From: a virus
Reading direction: 5' to 3' (one strand)
Virus record (IMG/VR): IMGVR_UViG_3300023235_000014
DNA length: 64,000 nt
In this document: piece after piece, positions 10,860 to 20,177 of the stretch
How positions within the stretch are numbered: the stretch's first letter is position 1
How the letters are laid out: every line of letters starts with the position of its first letter
Notes under the pieces: model-generated
What the model was told of the DNA's origin: nothing
The model's input: the letters and a program-made list of their open reading frames with translations, nothing else
The model's database searches: none
Program-made: the position numbers and the translations under genes

Positions 10860-11366
10860 ATGAAACTCAACAAAACACAACTCAAAAAAATCCTCAAAGA
10901 GGTAGTACGTGAACTAGTAGACGAGGGTGCGTTTGATAACGTTATTAAAGAAAGTGTTAGTCCAAGAGCTAATGTTGCCCGTCGACCTGCTGCAAATGAC
11001 TTTGCTGCCTCGTACGGACAAAGAAGTGAACCGATGAGCAATGATCATAGTGAGAGACAACAGGATAGTCTACGTGGTCAGGGCAGCAAGAATACACGAC
11101 TCCAAGAGTTAACCCGCCGAGCAGCAGCAGAAGCATCTGGTGGTGACCCACAACAAGCTAAAATGATGGAAGCGATTTTCGCTGACACAGCCGCCAGTAC
11201 ACTTCAGCGGCAATTAGGTTACGAAAGCCATGGCTCAGCGGGGCTTTATAGCGGAGAACCAGACCCAGAGCAAGAACGCCAAGACATGGCAGCTTTGGAC
11301 GTACTTAGTGGTGGAAAAGGCGCACAACATTGGGCTGCATTAGCATTTGGTAAGTACAATCAGTAG
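10860..11366 (+). CDS. Putative packaged protein with type-A propeptide
   Basis: 'MKLNKTQLKKILKEVVRELVDE'. RBS AGGAATAAG. Confidence 0.55.
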   Translation: MKLNKTQLKKILKEVVRELVDEGAFDNVIKESVSPRANVARRPAANDFAASYGQRSEPMSNDHSERQQDSLRGQGSKNTRLQELTRRAAAEASGGDPQQAKMMEAIFADTAASTLQRQLGYESHGSAGLYSGEPDPEQERQDMAALDVLSGGKGAQHWAALAFGKYNQ

Positions 11367-11413
11367 GAACTCAATAGTTCTACATATTTACTACCAAGAA
11401 GGAAGGTTCAATA

Positions 11414-11911
11414 ATGCCAACACACAAACAACTAGTAGTAGAAGTACCAAGCACCACACGTGCTAACGGTTCTTCTGACACAGAAGCACGCAAGACTTCA
11501 TACCCAGGGTCCCCACTTTACAACAATCTGGGCGGCGCTCCGTCATACCTAACAGACGCAGCAGTCGAGACGTTCTTTGAGGGCGAGGTTATCGAAGGCG
11601 TGGTAGATGATGGCGGTCACACCTTTGGAACATTCAATCGTGATTACGCTGACGCACCAAATCTTGAAGAAGTTGTAACTGGTGGTGGTGGACTTCCTGG
11701 CTCCCCATACGCCCCTAACGTTGCGTCTCCACCCGAGGGACAAAACCCAGCAGACATCCCAGCTGAGGGTGCTGCCGTAACTGTGGCTGCACGAGGCGGC
11801 GGCGGACCTTTCCAGGGAAGCACGCTTACAAGCCCACACGAGACATCCGTGAATGTTGCTCGCCAGAAGATTGGCACGCTCATGTTCGGTAACTCAGAAC
11901 CAACAGCCTAA
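11414..11911 (+). CDS. Hypothetical Gly/Pro-rich protein
   Basis: ORF with RBS GAAGGAAGG. No recognisable domain. Confidence 0.4.
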   Translation: MPTHKQLVVEVPSTTRANGSSDTEARKTSYPGSPLYNNLGGAPSYLTDAAVETFFEGEVIEGVVDDGGHTFGTFNRDYADAPNLEEVVTGGGGLPGSPYAPNVASPPEGQNPADIPAEGAAVTVAARGGGGPFQGSTLTSPHETSVNVARQKIGTLMFGNSEPTA

Positions 11912-11930
11912 ACCTAATAAGGAATAACAA

Positions 11931-14135
11931 ATGACAGACCTGTTTACAGAAGCGCTGAAAGACGCACAAAAGATCCGTGAGATTGCTGAGAAGGACGCCA
12001 AAAACCGTCTTGTAGAGGCTCTTACGCCTTACATCAAGAAGGTGATCGCTAAGGAATCAGTTGGTGACAGTGACTTCTACTTTGAGCAGGTTGAGGACGA
12101 TGAGCTTGACCTAGAAGCACAGCAACCTGCGCCTGCGGCTCAGCCAGCCCCAGCCCAAGGTGCACCAGCACCAGCACCAACCACAGCTCCAACCGCAACT
12201 GTTCCAACTGCCGACCCAGCTCCTATCGAGGACCCTGGGGCGCTTGGGGATGTTGGTGTGGACGCAAGTATGCCTGATGAAGAGGGTAAAATCGTTGTTG
12301 ACTTCGATGACCTTTTCGTTGATGCAGATACCGATCAAGTAACCATTACACCACCAGGTGCTGGTGGTGAAGAAATGGGTGCGGCGCCCGTGGCAGCAAC
12401 TGGCGAAGAGCCTATGCTTGACCTCGCACCAGAAGGCTCTGAGCTTGCTCCTGCCCCAGCAGGCGAAGCAGTTCCTGTCGAAGGTGAAGAGGAAGACCCA
12501 CTTGACCTTTCAACAGAAGCAATTACTTTCAAGGAGTATCAGAGAGTTCTATCAGATCTTTCTGAACGAGTTGATAGAGCACTTTATTCCAATCACGTGA
12601 CAGATATTACACGTGAATCGCTTAAACAAAGACTTTTCGACCTATTGGAGGCCATTGATGGCATGCGTGGTCGTGGAAGCATTTCAAACAAACAAGCTCG
12701 TCTCAACGAAAACAAGTTGGAATTTTTGTTCTTAAAACTGAAAGAGGCGAGTTTGCACAATAGTTACTCATTGAGTAGCGAAACAAAAGGTACCAACAAC
12801 ATGAAGACTCTCAAAGAATATGCAGCACAGCTTTTCGAGGAAGACGAAAACCTCGCAAAAGATTCGGCCAGCACTGGCGACAGCGGCATGCCAGTAGATG
12901 ACGAATACTCTGAGCATGCAGCTGACGTCTCTGGTGTTGATCCAAAACTTGGAAAACCAGAAGACATCAGGGTCCACCAGGACCGACACACTCAAGAGGC
13001 AGATGCCCTTGAGGACACTGACAATCCCGAGGAAATGCCCTGGGATGAAGGTGAGCCTGGCTTAAAAGAAAATAGTGCAGACGCAGACACCGATGCAAAC
13101 GATGACGTAGCAGAGGGTGCAGCTGGATTTGGTGACACAAGAGAAGAACCAACAGCTGAGTTTGAAGTCGACGACGCAGAACTTGCGGAAGCAGTACGCT
13201 CCATCCGCAAAGATAGTATCAAGAAGAAATTGGCCGCTCTCCGTGAGGCAGAGGACAAGGACAAGGCATTCGAAGTTGATGCATCAGAAGATTACCCAGA
13301 TCCTGGCCCAGAAGGCGGTGAGGATCCTTCACATGAGCACCTAAAGGAGGGCGCAGGAATGATGGAAATGGACATGGACGGCGATGAAGAGCTTGAAGTA
13401 GTTGACGACATGGCACTTGACAGTGACCTAGACGATGCAGCTGACCTCGTACTTTCCGTAGACCTCCCACCTGAGGTGGAAGCAGAACTAGCTGAACTTG
13501 GTCTTGATGACCTTGATGTTGATGTCACCCTCAACGTTAGCTCCGATGATGAGCTTGATGATGAGCTTGATGATGAGCTTGATGATGAGCTTGATGATGA
13601 GCTTGATGATGAGCTTGATGATGAGCTTGATGATGAGGAGGACGAAGTTCTCCAGGATGACATGGAAGAAATGGCAATGGAGAGTAAGAGATCAGCACAC
13701 AGAGCACGCTTTCTTGAAAAGAAGCTTCGTCGTGCCAAAAAGATTCTTGAGGCCAAGAACAGAGAACTAGCATCCGTGAAGGGCCAGTTGGTAGAGACCA
13801 ACCTCTTCACCAGCAAGGCTGTGTACTACAGCAAGTTCCTTCACAGGGCTCTAAACGAAAGTGCTCTTACCAAGAAGGCTCTACAGCAAATTGTTGAGCA
13901 CCTTGATAGGGGTCGTACGGTTGCCGAAACAAAGGCAATCTACAAAAAGATTGAGCGCAAGCTCAACGAACACAATAACAAAGCTTCCCGCAAATTGGGC
14001 GGATCATCCTCGACGGTTACTCGACCAGGGAGCGCAAGCTTGAATGAGAGCAAGAACTCTTCTTCAGGCGAACATCCAGAAACTCAAACAGCTTCTCGTT
14101 GGCAGGTACTTGCTGGCATTAAAAAGGGCGAGTAA
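11931..14135 (+). CDS. Prohead scaffold/core-like protein (gp22-like by position). Very acidic, with a Pro/Ala-rich linker and an (ELDD)n repeat
   Basis: 734 aa, extremely acidic and helical, with an 'APAPAQ' low-complexity stretch and eight ELDD repeats. Lies immediately upstream of the gp23-like MCP, matching the T4 gene 22 to 23 order. Confidence 0.5.
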   Translation: MTDLFTEALKDAQKIREIAEKDAKNRLVEALTPYIKKVIAKESVGDSDFYFEQVEDDELDLEAQQPAPAAQPAPAQGAPAPAPTTAPTATVPTADPAPIEDPGALGDVGVDASMPDEEGKIVVDFDDLFVDADTDQVTITPPGAGGEEMGAAPVAATGEEPMLDLAPEGSELAPAPAGEAVPVEGEEEDPLDLSTEAITFKEYQRVLSDLSERVDRALYSNHVTDITRESLKQRLFDLLEAIDGMRGRGSISNKQARLNENKLEFLFLKLKEASLHNSYSLSSETKGTNNMKTLKEYAAQLFEEDENLAKDSASTGDSGMPVDDEYSEHAADVSGVDPKLGKPEDIRVHQDRHTQEADALEDTDNPEEMPWDEGEPGLKENSADADTDANDDVAEGAAGFGDTREEPTAEFEVDDAELAEAVRSIRKDSIKKKLAALREAEDKDKAFEVDASEDYPDPGPEGGEDPSHEHLKEGAGMMEMDMDGDEELEVVDDMALDSDLDDAADLVLSVDLPPEVEAELAELGLDDLDVDVTLNVSSDDELDDELDDELDDELDDELDDELDDELDDEEDEVLQDDMEEMAMESKRSAHRARFLEKKLRRAKKILEAKNRELASVKGQLVETNLFTSKAVYYSKFLHRALNESALTKKALQQIVEHLDRGRTVAETKAIYKKIERKLNEHNNKASRKLGGSSSTVTRPGSASLNESKNSSSGEHPETQTASRWQVLAGIKKGE
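13545..13652 (+). repeat. Coding tandem repeat: 8 copies of the 12-nt unit gatgatgagctt, plus one degenerate unit
   Basis: Perfect 12-nt tandem units visible directly. They encode (DDEL)n inside the scaffold-like gene. Confidence 0.9.
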
Positions 14136-14188
14136 CGGAAAATAGCTTTTAGCAAAATACTTAGAAAAGATTTGAGGAGAAAAATCAA

Positions 14189-16111
14189 ATGAAGACTTTC
14201 ACACTGTCACAGCTCGCAGAGGGCGTAAAAAGACGTTCCCTTGGCGCAGACTCACCACGTCTGTCCAAGAAATGGAACGCCACAGGACTCCTAGAGGGCC
14301 TAAAGGGAATGAACCGAGATAACATGTCTCGTCTACTTGAGAACCAGGCAGCTGAGTTGCTCAAGGAGACAAACGCATTGTCCCTCGGAGGAGCTTCCCT
14401 AACCTCTAGCGGAAAAATCGCTGGTTTCACCAACGTCGCTTTCCCAATCGTACGCCGTGTATTCGCAGGCTTGATTGCAAATGAAGTTGTATCGGTTCAG
14501 CCAATGAGCCTACCAACTGGTTTGCTTTTCTACCTCGATTACACTTATGGTTCATCGGTTGGTGGAGACGCAGGTACATCAGCGAACCAGTTCTCAACCA
14601 CATCCGTGGTTAGCCCATCAACTTACACGAGTCAGGACTCCGTATACAACAACCCACGTGGTGTTGGCGTACGTTCAGGTTCTCTCGCAACTGGTGGCCA
14701 GTACGACCTTGCAGGTCATGGCTACTCGAAGGTGCACAAGCAGAGCCGTTGGCTCTCAGGTTCCGCAGCATCTGTCGGCTACTGGGCAACTGGTTCCGTA
14801 TGGACCGCAGGCGCAGCCGTAGCTACTTCCGCAGACTTCACAGGCTTCAATGCTCGTTACGCAATGTACGATGCAAACGTTGAACGTGATCTCGCAGATA
14901 ACCTTTTGGACTACTCGTTCGCATTCGTGCCAACATCTGAGTTCACTGGCAAAATCACTGGTACCGACCTTACCAACGTCAACCAAATCAGTATAACTGG
15001 TTTCGGTAGTGTTACCAACTCCGCAGTGGAGTGGGGCGAGAAGTACCAGGGTGGACGTGGCGTCCTCAACCTACGCAAGCTAACGCAGCGTGGTGATTGG
15101 GATGTTGCCAATGGTGTCTTTACACCAAGCCCACTCGGTGGTTCACACCTTATGTTCGTTGTGCGTCTTGGTAACGCAGGTACCCCACCAGCTCCAGATG
15201 GCACTGTGGGTAACGCAGTAACTGCTTCCGCAGCTATCGCTGACGCACTTTCGGTCAACACTGACGGTTCAACCCTTACCATCCCAAGCTTCGAGTCTGA
15301 CTTCGCAGTCGATTCTAGCCCACGAATCCCAGAGGTTGATATCCGAATCGAATCCACCAGCGTAACGGCTCAGACCCGTAAGCTGCGTGCTCGTTGGTCG
15401 CCAGAAATGGCTCAGGACCTTACGGCCTTCTACTCAATCGATGTAGAAGTCGAGCTTACGAACATTCTCTCTGAGATGATCACACTCGACATTGACCGTG
15501 AGATTTTGAACGACCTTCTCACACAGGCAGGTGCTGCTAACCTCTTCTGGAGCCGTGCTCCAGGTAAGATTGTGAACAAGTTCACAGGCGCAGAGGCTCT
15601 ACAGTCCAGCACCCTATCCCCAGGCCCAATGGCATTCGTAAACATCCAGGAGTGGTACCAGACTCTGCTTGAGACCATCACTGATGCTGCGAACACCATC
15701 CACCGTAAGACACTCCGTGGTTCAGGTAACTTCATGGTTACCAGCCCAGATGTCTGCACCATCCTTGAGCACCTAGTTGCATACAAGCCTTCCTACAGAG
15801 TAGACGCTGACGGACAGGTTCGTGACAACATGGTAATCGGCGCCGAGGCAGTTGGTACCCTTAACAACCGTTACACGGTTTACAAGGACCCTTACTTCCC
15901 AAGCAACAAGGTTCTAGTTGGCCTAAAGGGCAACACCTTCCTTGAATCAGGATACATCTACGCTCCGTACGTACCACTTATCCTTACTCCTGTCATCTAT
16001 GCACAGGAAGATTTCACGCCACGTAAGGGTGTCATGACTCGTTACGGCAAGAAGATGGTTAGAAATGACTTTTATGCAACCGTGACAGTTCTAGACATGG
16101 GTCTCATCTGA
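14189..16111 (+). CDS. Major capsid protein, T4 gp23-like, with an N-terminal propeptide
   Basis: 'FPIVRRVFAGLIANEVVSVQPMSLPTGLLFYLDYTYG' vs T4 'AVMGMVRRAIPNLIAFDICGVQPMNSPTGQVFALRAVYG'. 'TRKLRARWSPEMAQDL' vs 'SRQLKAAYSIELAQDL'. C-terminal 'YIYAPYVPL' vs 'GIYYAPYVAL'. RBS GAGGAG. Confidence 0.9.
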   Translation: MKTFTLSQLAEGVKRRSLGADSPRLSKKWNATGLLEGLKGMNRDNMSRLLENQAAELLKETNALSLGGASLTSSGKIAGFTNVAFPIVRRVFAGLIANEVVSVQPMSLPTGLLFYLDYTYGSSVGGDAGTSANQFSTTSVVSPSTYTSQDSVYNNPRGVGVRSGSLATGGQYDLAGHGYSKVHKQSRWLSGSAASVGYWATGSVWTAGAAVATSADFTGFNARYAMYDANVERDLADNLLDYSFAFVPTSEFTGKITGTDLTNVNQISITGFGSVTNSAVEWGEKYQGGRGVLNLRKLTQRGDWDVANGVFTPSPLGGSHLMFVVRLGNAGTPPAPDGTVGNAVTASAAIADALSVNTDGSTLTIPSFESDFAVDSSPRIPEVDIRIESTSVTAQTRKLRARWSPEMAQDLTAFYSIDVEVELTNILSEMITLDIDREILNDLLTQAGAANLFWSRAPGKIVNKFTGAEALQSSTLSPGPMAFVNIQEWYQTLLETITDAANTIHRKTLRGSGNFMVTSPDVCTILEHLVAYKPSYRVDADGQVRDNMVIGAEAVGTLNNRYTVYKDPYFPSNKVLVGLKGNTFLESGYIYAPYVPLILTPVIYAQEDFTPRKGVMTRYGKKMVRNDFYATVTVLDMGLI

Positions 16112-16140
16112 CCTGATTAGCTAACAGCTAAAACACACGA

Positions 16141-16172
16141 GAAAGCCGCCTTTTTGGCGGCTTTTCTCTTTT
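16141..16172 (+). terminator. Rho-independent terminator after the MCP gene
   Basis: Hairpin AAAGCCGCC-TTTTT-GGCGGCTTT followed by a T-run. Confidence 0.75.
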
Positions 16173-16310
16173 AACTGGTGAACACCGCCAACAGAGTGTG
16201 CCATACTATTTGTATGGTCGAGCTGTTGAGGGTGAACAGATTTCAAAAAGAAGTATTGGTGTTATCATACCCTTGCATGACTTTGGCGACTCAAGTAAGG
16301 GTGTAATGAC

Positions 16311-17768
16311 ATGCGCTGTCAAGTCTGCAATAAGGATTTTGAATCCAAGAGAAGGTTAGCGAGCCATCTACAAAAAAAGCATAGCATGGATTCATGTACG
16401 TACACATCAAAATATTTGTGTGAGAATTCCCGAACACCTGTTTGTGCCTTTGAGGACTGCAAACAAGAACCCAGATACGTTTCTTTTACGTTCAAAAGAT
16501 TTTGCAAGGAGCATTCCAAACATGCAATGAAAAGTGGGGGGCGCCGTGGGGGGCAAGCTCAGGCTTGGAATAAAGGGAAAACAAAATTCGACGACAAAAG
16601 AATACTCAAGCAAGCAATCTCAATGTTAGGAAACGGGAATCACTTTTATGGCCAACAACACTCTAACCAAACGATTGAAACACTAAAGATTAGTTCGAAA
16701 ATTACCCAGGGTGAATTCAAAGCCAGGCTAAAGGCTAGAGAGTCGGATTTCATCATCTCAACAAATTTTTCATACGAAGAATATGAATCTAGGCAATACC
16801 AAAAATTGCCAGTTGAGTGTACCAGGTGTCACCGCACCTCCTACAAAACGCTTCAGTCCCTAGAGCGTGGAACCCTTTGTAAGTTTTGCTACCCTTTCAC
16901 AGTCTCAAGAGGCGAACTAGAACTTGGCAATTACGTTGAGTCTAAAATTGACCATGACGTTGTTAGAAACGATCGGACTGTCATTGCACCTTATGAGCTG
17001 GATATTTATGTCCCTAAATTGCACTTGGCAATTGAATACCACGGAGTTTATTGGCATATGGACAAAGGCCAGCCTGGGTTTGACAAGAAGCTCCACTACA
17101 AGAAGCACCTGCACGCTAAAAACAAAGGAATCAAACTTCTTCAATTTTACTCTAATCAATGGGAGCAACAATCCGAGCTTGTAAAGTCAATGATTGATAA
17201 CCAACTGGGACTTAATGCGAAAAAGGTGGGAGCCAGGACCTTGCAAATAACAATGCTTGATTCGAAAGCAGCAAAAGCTTTTTTCACTAAAAATCATTTA
17301 CACGGATGGTGCAGAGCAAAAGCCACGTTTGCCCTAACTGACAAAGAAACAAACGAAGTACTTTCTGCGCTGTCGCTACGAAGCCCGATGCATAAGGTCT
17401 ACAAAGATTCTTTGGAAATTGCCAGGTTCGCTACTAGGATGAACACTACGGTAGTAGGAGGCTTTAGTAAACTACTGTCATGTGTCAAAAAGTATACTAA
17501 GAGTCAACAGCTCCATACTATCATCTCGTACGCAGACTTATTACATGGGACAGGCCGAGTTTACGATTTAGCCGGCTTTGACTATGTCAAACACACGGGT
17601 ATCAATTATTGGTACACAGACGGCGTTCAGCTCTTCAACCGTTTCAGGTATAAAGCCGAGGCAAACAAGAGTGAGAAGGAAGTTGCTAAAGCACAGAACG
17701 TCCAGCGTATATACGGATGTGGTAACTCACTTTACAAACTAGCTCTAAAGGTAGAAGACGATGCATGA
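16311..17768 (+). CDS. Homing-endonuclease-like protein: N-terminal C2H2 zinc finger(s), NUMOD-like segment, and a Vsr-like PD-(D/E)xK nuclease domain
   Basis: 'CQVCNKDFESKRRLASHLQKKH' (C2H2). 'YELDIYVPKLHLAIEYHGVYWH' resembles the Vsr 'PD...AIFVDGCFWH' catalytic motif. Confidence 0.5.
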   Translation: MRCQVCNKDFESKRRLASHLQKKHSMDSCTYTSKYLCENSRTPVCAFEDCKQEPRYVSFTFKRFCKEHSKHAMKSGGRRGGQAQAWNKGKTKFDDKRILKQAISMLGNGNHFYGQQHSNQTIETLKISSKITQGEFKARLKARESDFIISTNFSYEEYESRQYQKLPVECTRCHRTSYKTLQSLERGTLCKFCYPFTVSRGELELGNYVESKIDHDVVRNDRTVIAPYELDIYVPKLHLAIEYHGVYWHMDKGQPGFDKKLHYKKHLHAKNKGIKLLQFYSNQWEQQSELVKSMIDNQLGLNAKKVGARTLQITMLDSKAAKAFFTKNHLHGWCRAKATFALTDKETNEVLSALSLRSPMHKVYKDSLEIARFATRMNTTVVGGFSKLLSCVKKYTKSQQLHTIISYADLLHGTGRVYDLAGFDYVKHTGINYWYTDGVQLFNRFRYKAEANKSEKEVAKAQNVQRIYGCGNSLYKLALKVEDDA

Positions 17769-19806
17769 TGAAATTCTAGTCAACACCCCATTTAACAAAC
17801 ACGTATATCTGACGGGAGATAAGAAAGTTGTCTGCCGACTTTGTGAAATTCAGGCTGTCCTCTCCAACTCCAAACGATCAATTGGTAGTCACTTCGGATT
17901 TCACCACAAAGAAATTGTTGAATCCACTCGGAAAGTAATTGTGTTCACAGTTAAATGCTTGGAGTGTAAGGAGCTAGTGGCAAACTCCAACAACGTTCTT
18001 GGGAGACACGTTCGCAAAGAACATGGTATGTCTTTTGAAGATTACGAGATTAAATGGTTGTTTCAGGGCGTACGACCAAAGTGTTCAGCCTGTGAGCTGC
18101 CCCTCAAGAGGCGCAAAGGCGGCTTCCCAACCTTCTGCTCAATCAAATGTGGTGCTATCGGTATCAACAACCCAATGTGGGGCAAGAAAGGTGCAGACAG
18201 CCCAAACACCGGCAAAGTCCGCTCACAAGAGCATCGTGAGAATTATAGCAAGGCGGCCCATAAGCGGTACAAGGAGAATCCAGAGCTTATCAACCAGCGT
18301 CGCAAAGAAACTATCGCCAGGCTTGAACGGGGTGAGTTCAATCGCAGTGGAAGTTTTGTTACAACCAACCCAATTACTGGCAAGCAAGAACGTTTTGACA
18401 GCACCTGGGAACATCAGTTTGTCATACTCCATAGAGACAACTACAGCGATCTTACTAAGACACATAAGATCCGCATTCCCTACACGTCGACTTTAGATGG
18501 CCGTGAACATGTTTACATCCCTGACTTTGTTTCCGAAAACAAAAAAGAGGTTGTAGAAATTAAAGGGAGGTTCAAAGAAAAAACTGCGGACAAGATTGAT
18601 GCAGCGAAAGAGTGGTCGAAAGCAAACGGATATGTCTATCGTGTGTTCACTTGTGGCTCAAGCAAAACATTGTTTGAGGTTGATGTCTCGGGTATGCTTT
18701 ACGGAGATACAGGCGCAGTTCCATACGGCGGAACTAAAATGTTGCGCTGGCAAGACCGAAACCTCTCTTCAGCCTTAGTTGAGAAGATGCCCGTCGAAGA
18801 AAAAGAAGAGGTGGCCAAGAATGTGTTTGCCTTCTACAAAGAGAACGGCTTTCCTTATATCCTTCATGAAGAGCAAACCCTAAAAAAGGAATGGGCAAAA
18901 CTACAAAAAGAAACTCTTGTTCCCAAACAAGAAGAAGGGTTTACTTTTTTACCCAATAAGCAGACGGCTGGCAACAAGCTTACACAACATTTCAATTCCA
19001 GACAATTCTACACTGTGAAAGACAATGGTAGGAATAGCAAATCTATGATTGAAGCTTTCAGCGATGATGACATTTTGCTAAAAGTCATTAGAAACCGTTT
19101 GAATATTACCTATAAGGAAACCTTCAATATACATGGGGCAATGCTTAGACAGGGCTTCAGGTCCACTAGGATGGCTGCTGTGACCTCTACTTTCAACTGC
19201 CTTGTGGCCAAACACATCTACACAGAACTGACTCCAAACGATGGCATTGTATTTGATTTCTCAGCTGGCTTCGGTCACCGAATGCTTGGAGCACTCGCAA
19301 GTTCAAATAACCTGAAGTATGTTGCTTGTGATCCATGGACAGAGGTAGTGGAAAACAACAAGCGAATGGCAAAGTTCATTGGTGCAAAAGACCGAGCAAA
19401 GATTTGGAACGTCGGGTCAGAAGTGTGGGTCCCGCCCAAAGCTCTTTTGGGAACGGTAGACCTAGCCTTCTCCAGTCCTCCCTATTTCGACAAAGAAGTG
19501 TATGACAACGGGGAAAATGGTCAGGCATACGGGAATAGGACATTTGAGGAATTCACTAGTGAATGGTGGAAGCCGACTCTCAGAACCATTATAACCCTAT
19601 TGAAGCCCGAAGGAAAACTCGCAATCAACATGGTTGAGCCAATGATAGACGATTTGCTGAAGATTGCCCAGGAAATGGGGTTCAAAGAGTCACACAGATA
19701 CCATCTACAAATGAGTAGAAGTCATTTTGAAAAAGCTAAAAAGCTTGGTGATAGAGCCAAAGGCTCATTCAAGGCTGAGCCAATTATTGTTCTTCATAGG
19801 AGATAA
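17761..19806 (+). CDS. Fusion protein: N-terminal Zn-finger plus nuclease-like domain, and a C-terminal DNA (N6-adenine/N4-cytosine) methyltransferase
   Basis: 'CRLCEIQ...GSHFGFHHKE' (Zn finger). 'HVYIPDFVSENKKEVVEIKGRF' (PD-(D/E)xK-like). MTase motif I 'FDFSAGFGHRMLG' and motif IV 'SPPY'. Confidence 0.6.
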   Translation: MHDEILVNTPFNKHVYLTGDKKVVCRLCEIQAVLSNSKRSIGSHFGFHHKEIVESTRKVIVFTVKCLECKELVANSNNVLGRHVRKEHGMSFEDYEIKWLFQGVRPKCSACELPLKRRKGGFPTFCSIKCGAIGINNPMWGKKGADSPNTGKVRSQEHRENYSKAAHKRYKENPELINQRRKETIARLERGEFNRSGSFVTTNPITGKQERFDSTWEHQFVILHRDNYSDLTKTHKIRIPYTSTLDGREHVYIPDFVSENKKEVVEIKGRFKEKTADKIDAAKEWSKANGYVYRVFTCGSSKTLFEVDVSGMLYGDTGAVPYGGTKMLRWQDRNLSSALVEKMPVEEKEEVAKNVFAFYKENGFPYILHEEQTLKKEWAKLQKETLVPKQEEGFTFLPNKQTAGNKLTQHFNSRQFYTVKDNGRNSKSMIEAFSDDDILLKVIRNRLNITYKETFNIHGAMLRQGFRSTRMAAVTSTFNCLVAKHIYTELTPNDGIVFDFSAGFGHRMLGALASSNNLKYVACDPWTEVVENNKRMAKFIGAKDRAKIWNVGSEVWVPPKALLGTVDLAFSSPPYFDKEVYDNGENGQAYGNRTFEEFTSEWWKPTLRTIITLLKPEGKLAINMVEPMIDDLLKIAQEMGFKESHRYHLQMSRSHFEKAKKLGDRAKGSFKAEPIIVLHRR

Positions 19807-19812
19807 CAAATC

Positions 19813-20106
19813 ATGTATAAACCTTTTGAAATAGGTGAGCTTGCACAGGTAACAAATTCCAACGTAATGCATAATGAAGTGCAGGACTTTCTCGTCTTAG
19901 TTTTAGACCGCTTGTTAGTTGAAAGTTCGATGTCAATCCCAGCTTCTTGGTCTGACCGCTTGCAGATAAATTTGGATATTGTCCAACCTCAGTTTTATAA
20001 AACTGATGCTGGTGATTGGTTTTATCTGGTTCTTGGAAGAAGCTTCAGTAACTCAAATATACGGATACGCATGTTTCATCAGTACTGGTTAGCCCCAGTT
20101 GGCTAA
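19813..20106 (+). CDS. Hypothetical protein
   Basis: 97-aa ORF with no recognisable domain. Confidence 0.3.
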   Translation: MYKPFEIGELAQVTNSNVMHNEVQDFLVLVLDRLLVESSMSIPASWSDRLQINLDIVQPQFYKTDAGDWFYLVLGRSFSNSNIRIRMFHQYWLAPVG

Positions 20107-20177
20107 AACCAAAGCCTTGCCGAGAACTTTAAGCAAATACTGGACGTGCCTACTCCCATTGGCTGCTAATTAAGTGC

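Noticed and set aside
13545-13652. CRISPR-like regular repeats
   Set aside because: 12-nt in-frame coding tandem repeat without spacers. Not a CRISPR array.
13292-13816. 174-aa minus-strand ORF with a long poly-Ser run
   Set aside because: It is the reverse complement of the (gatgatgagctt)n coding repeat in the scaffold-like gene, so a mirror-frame artifact.
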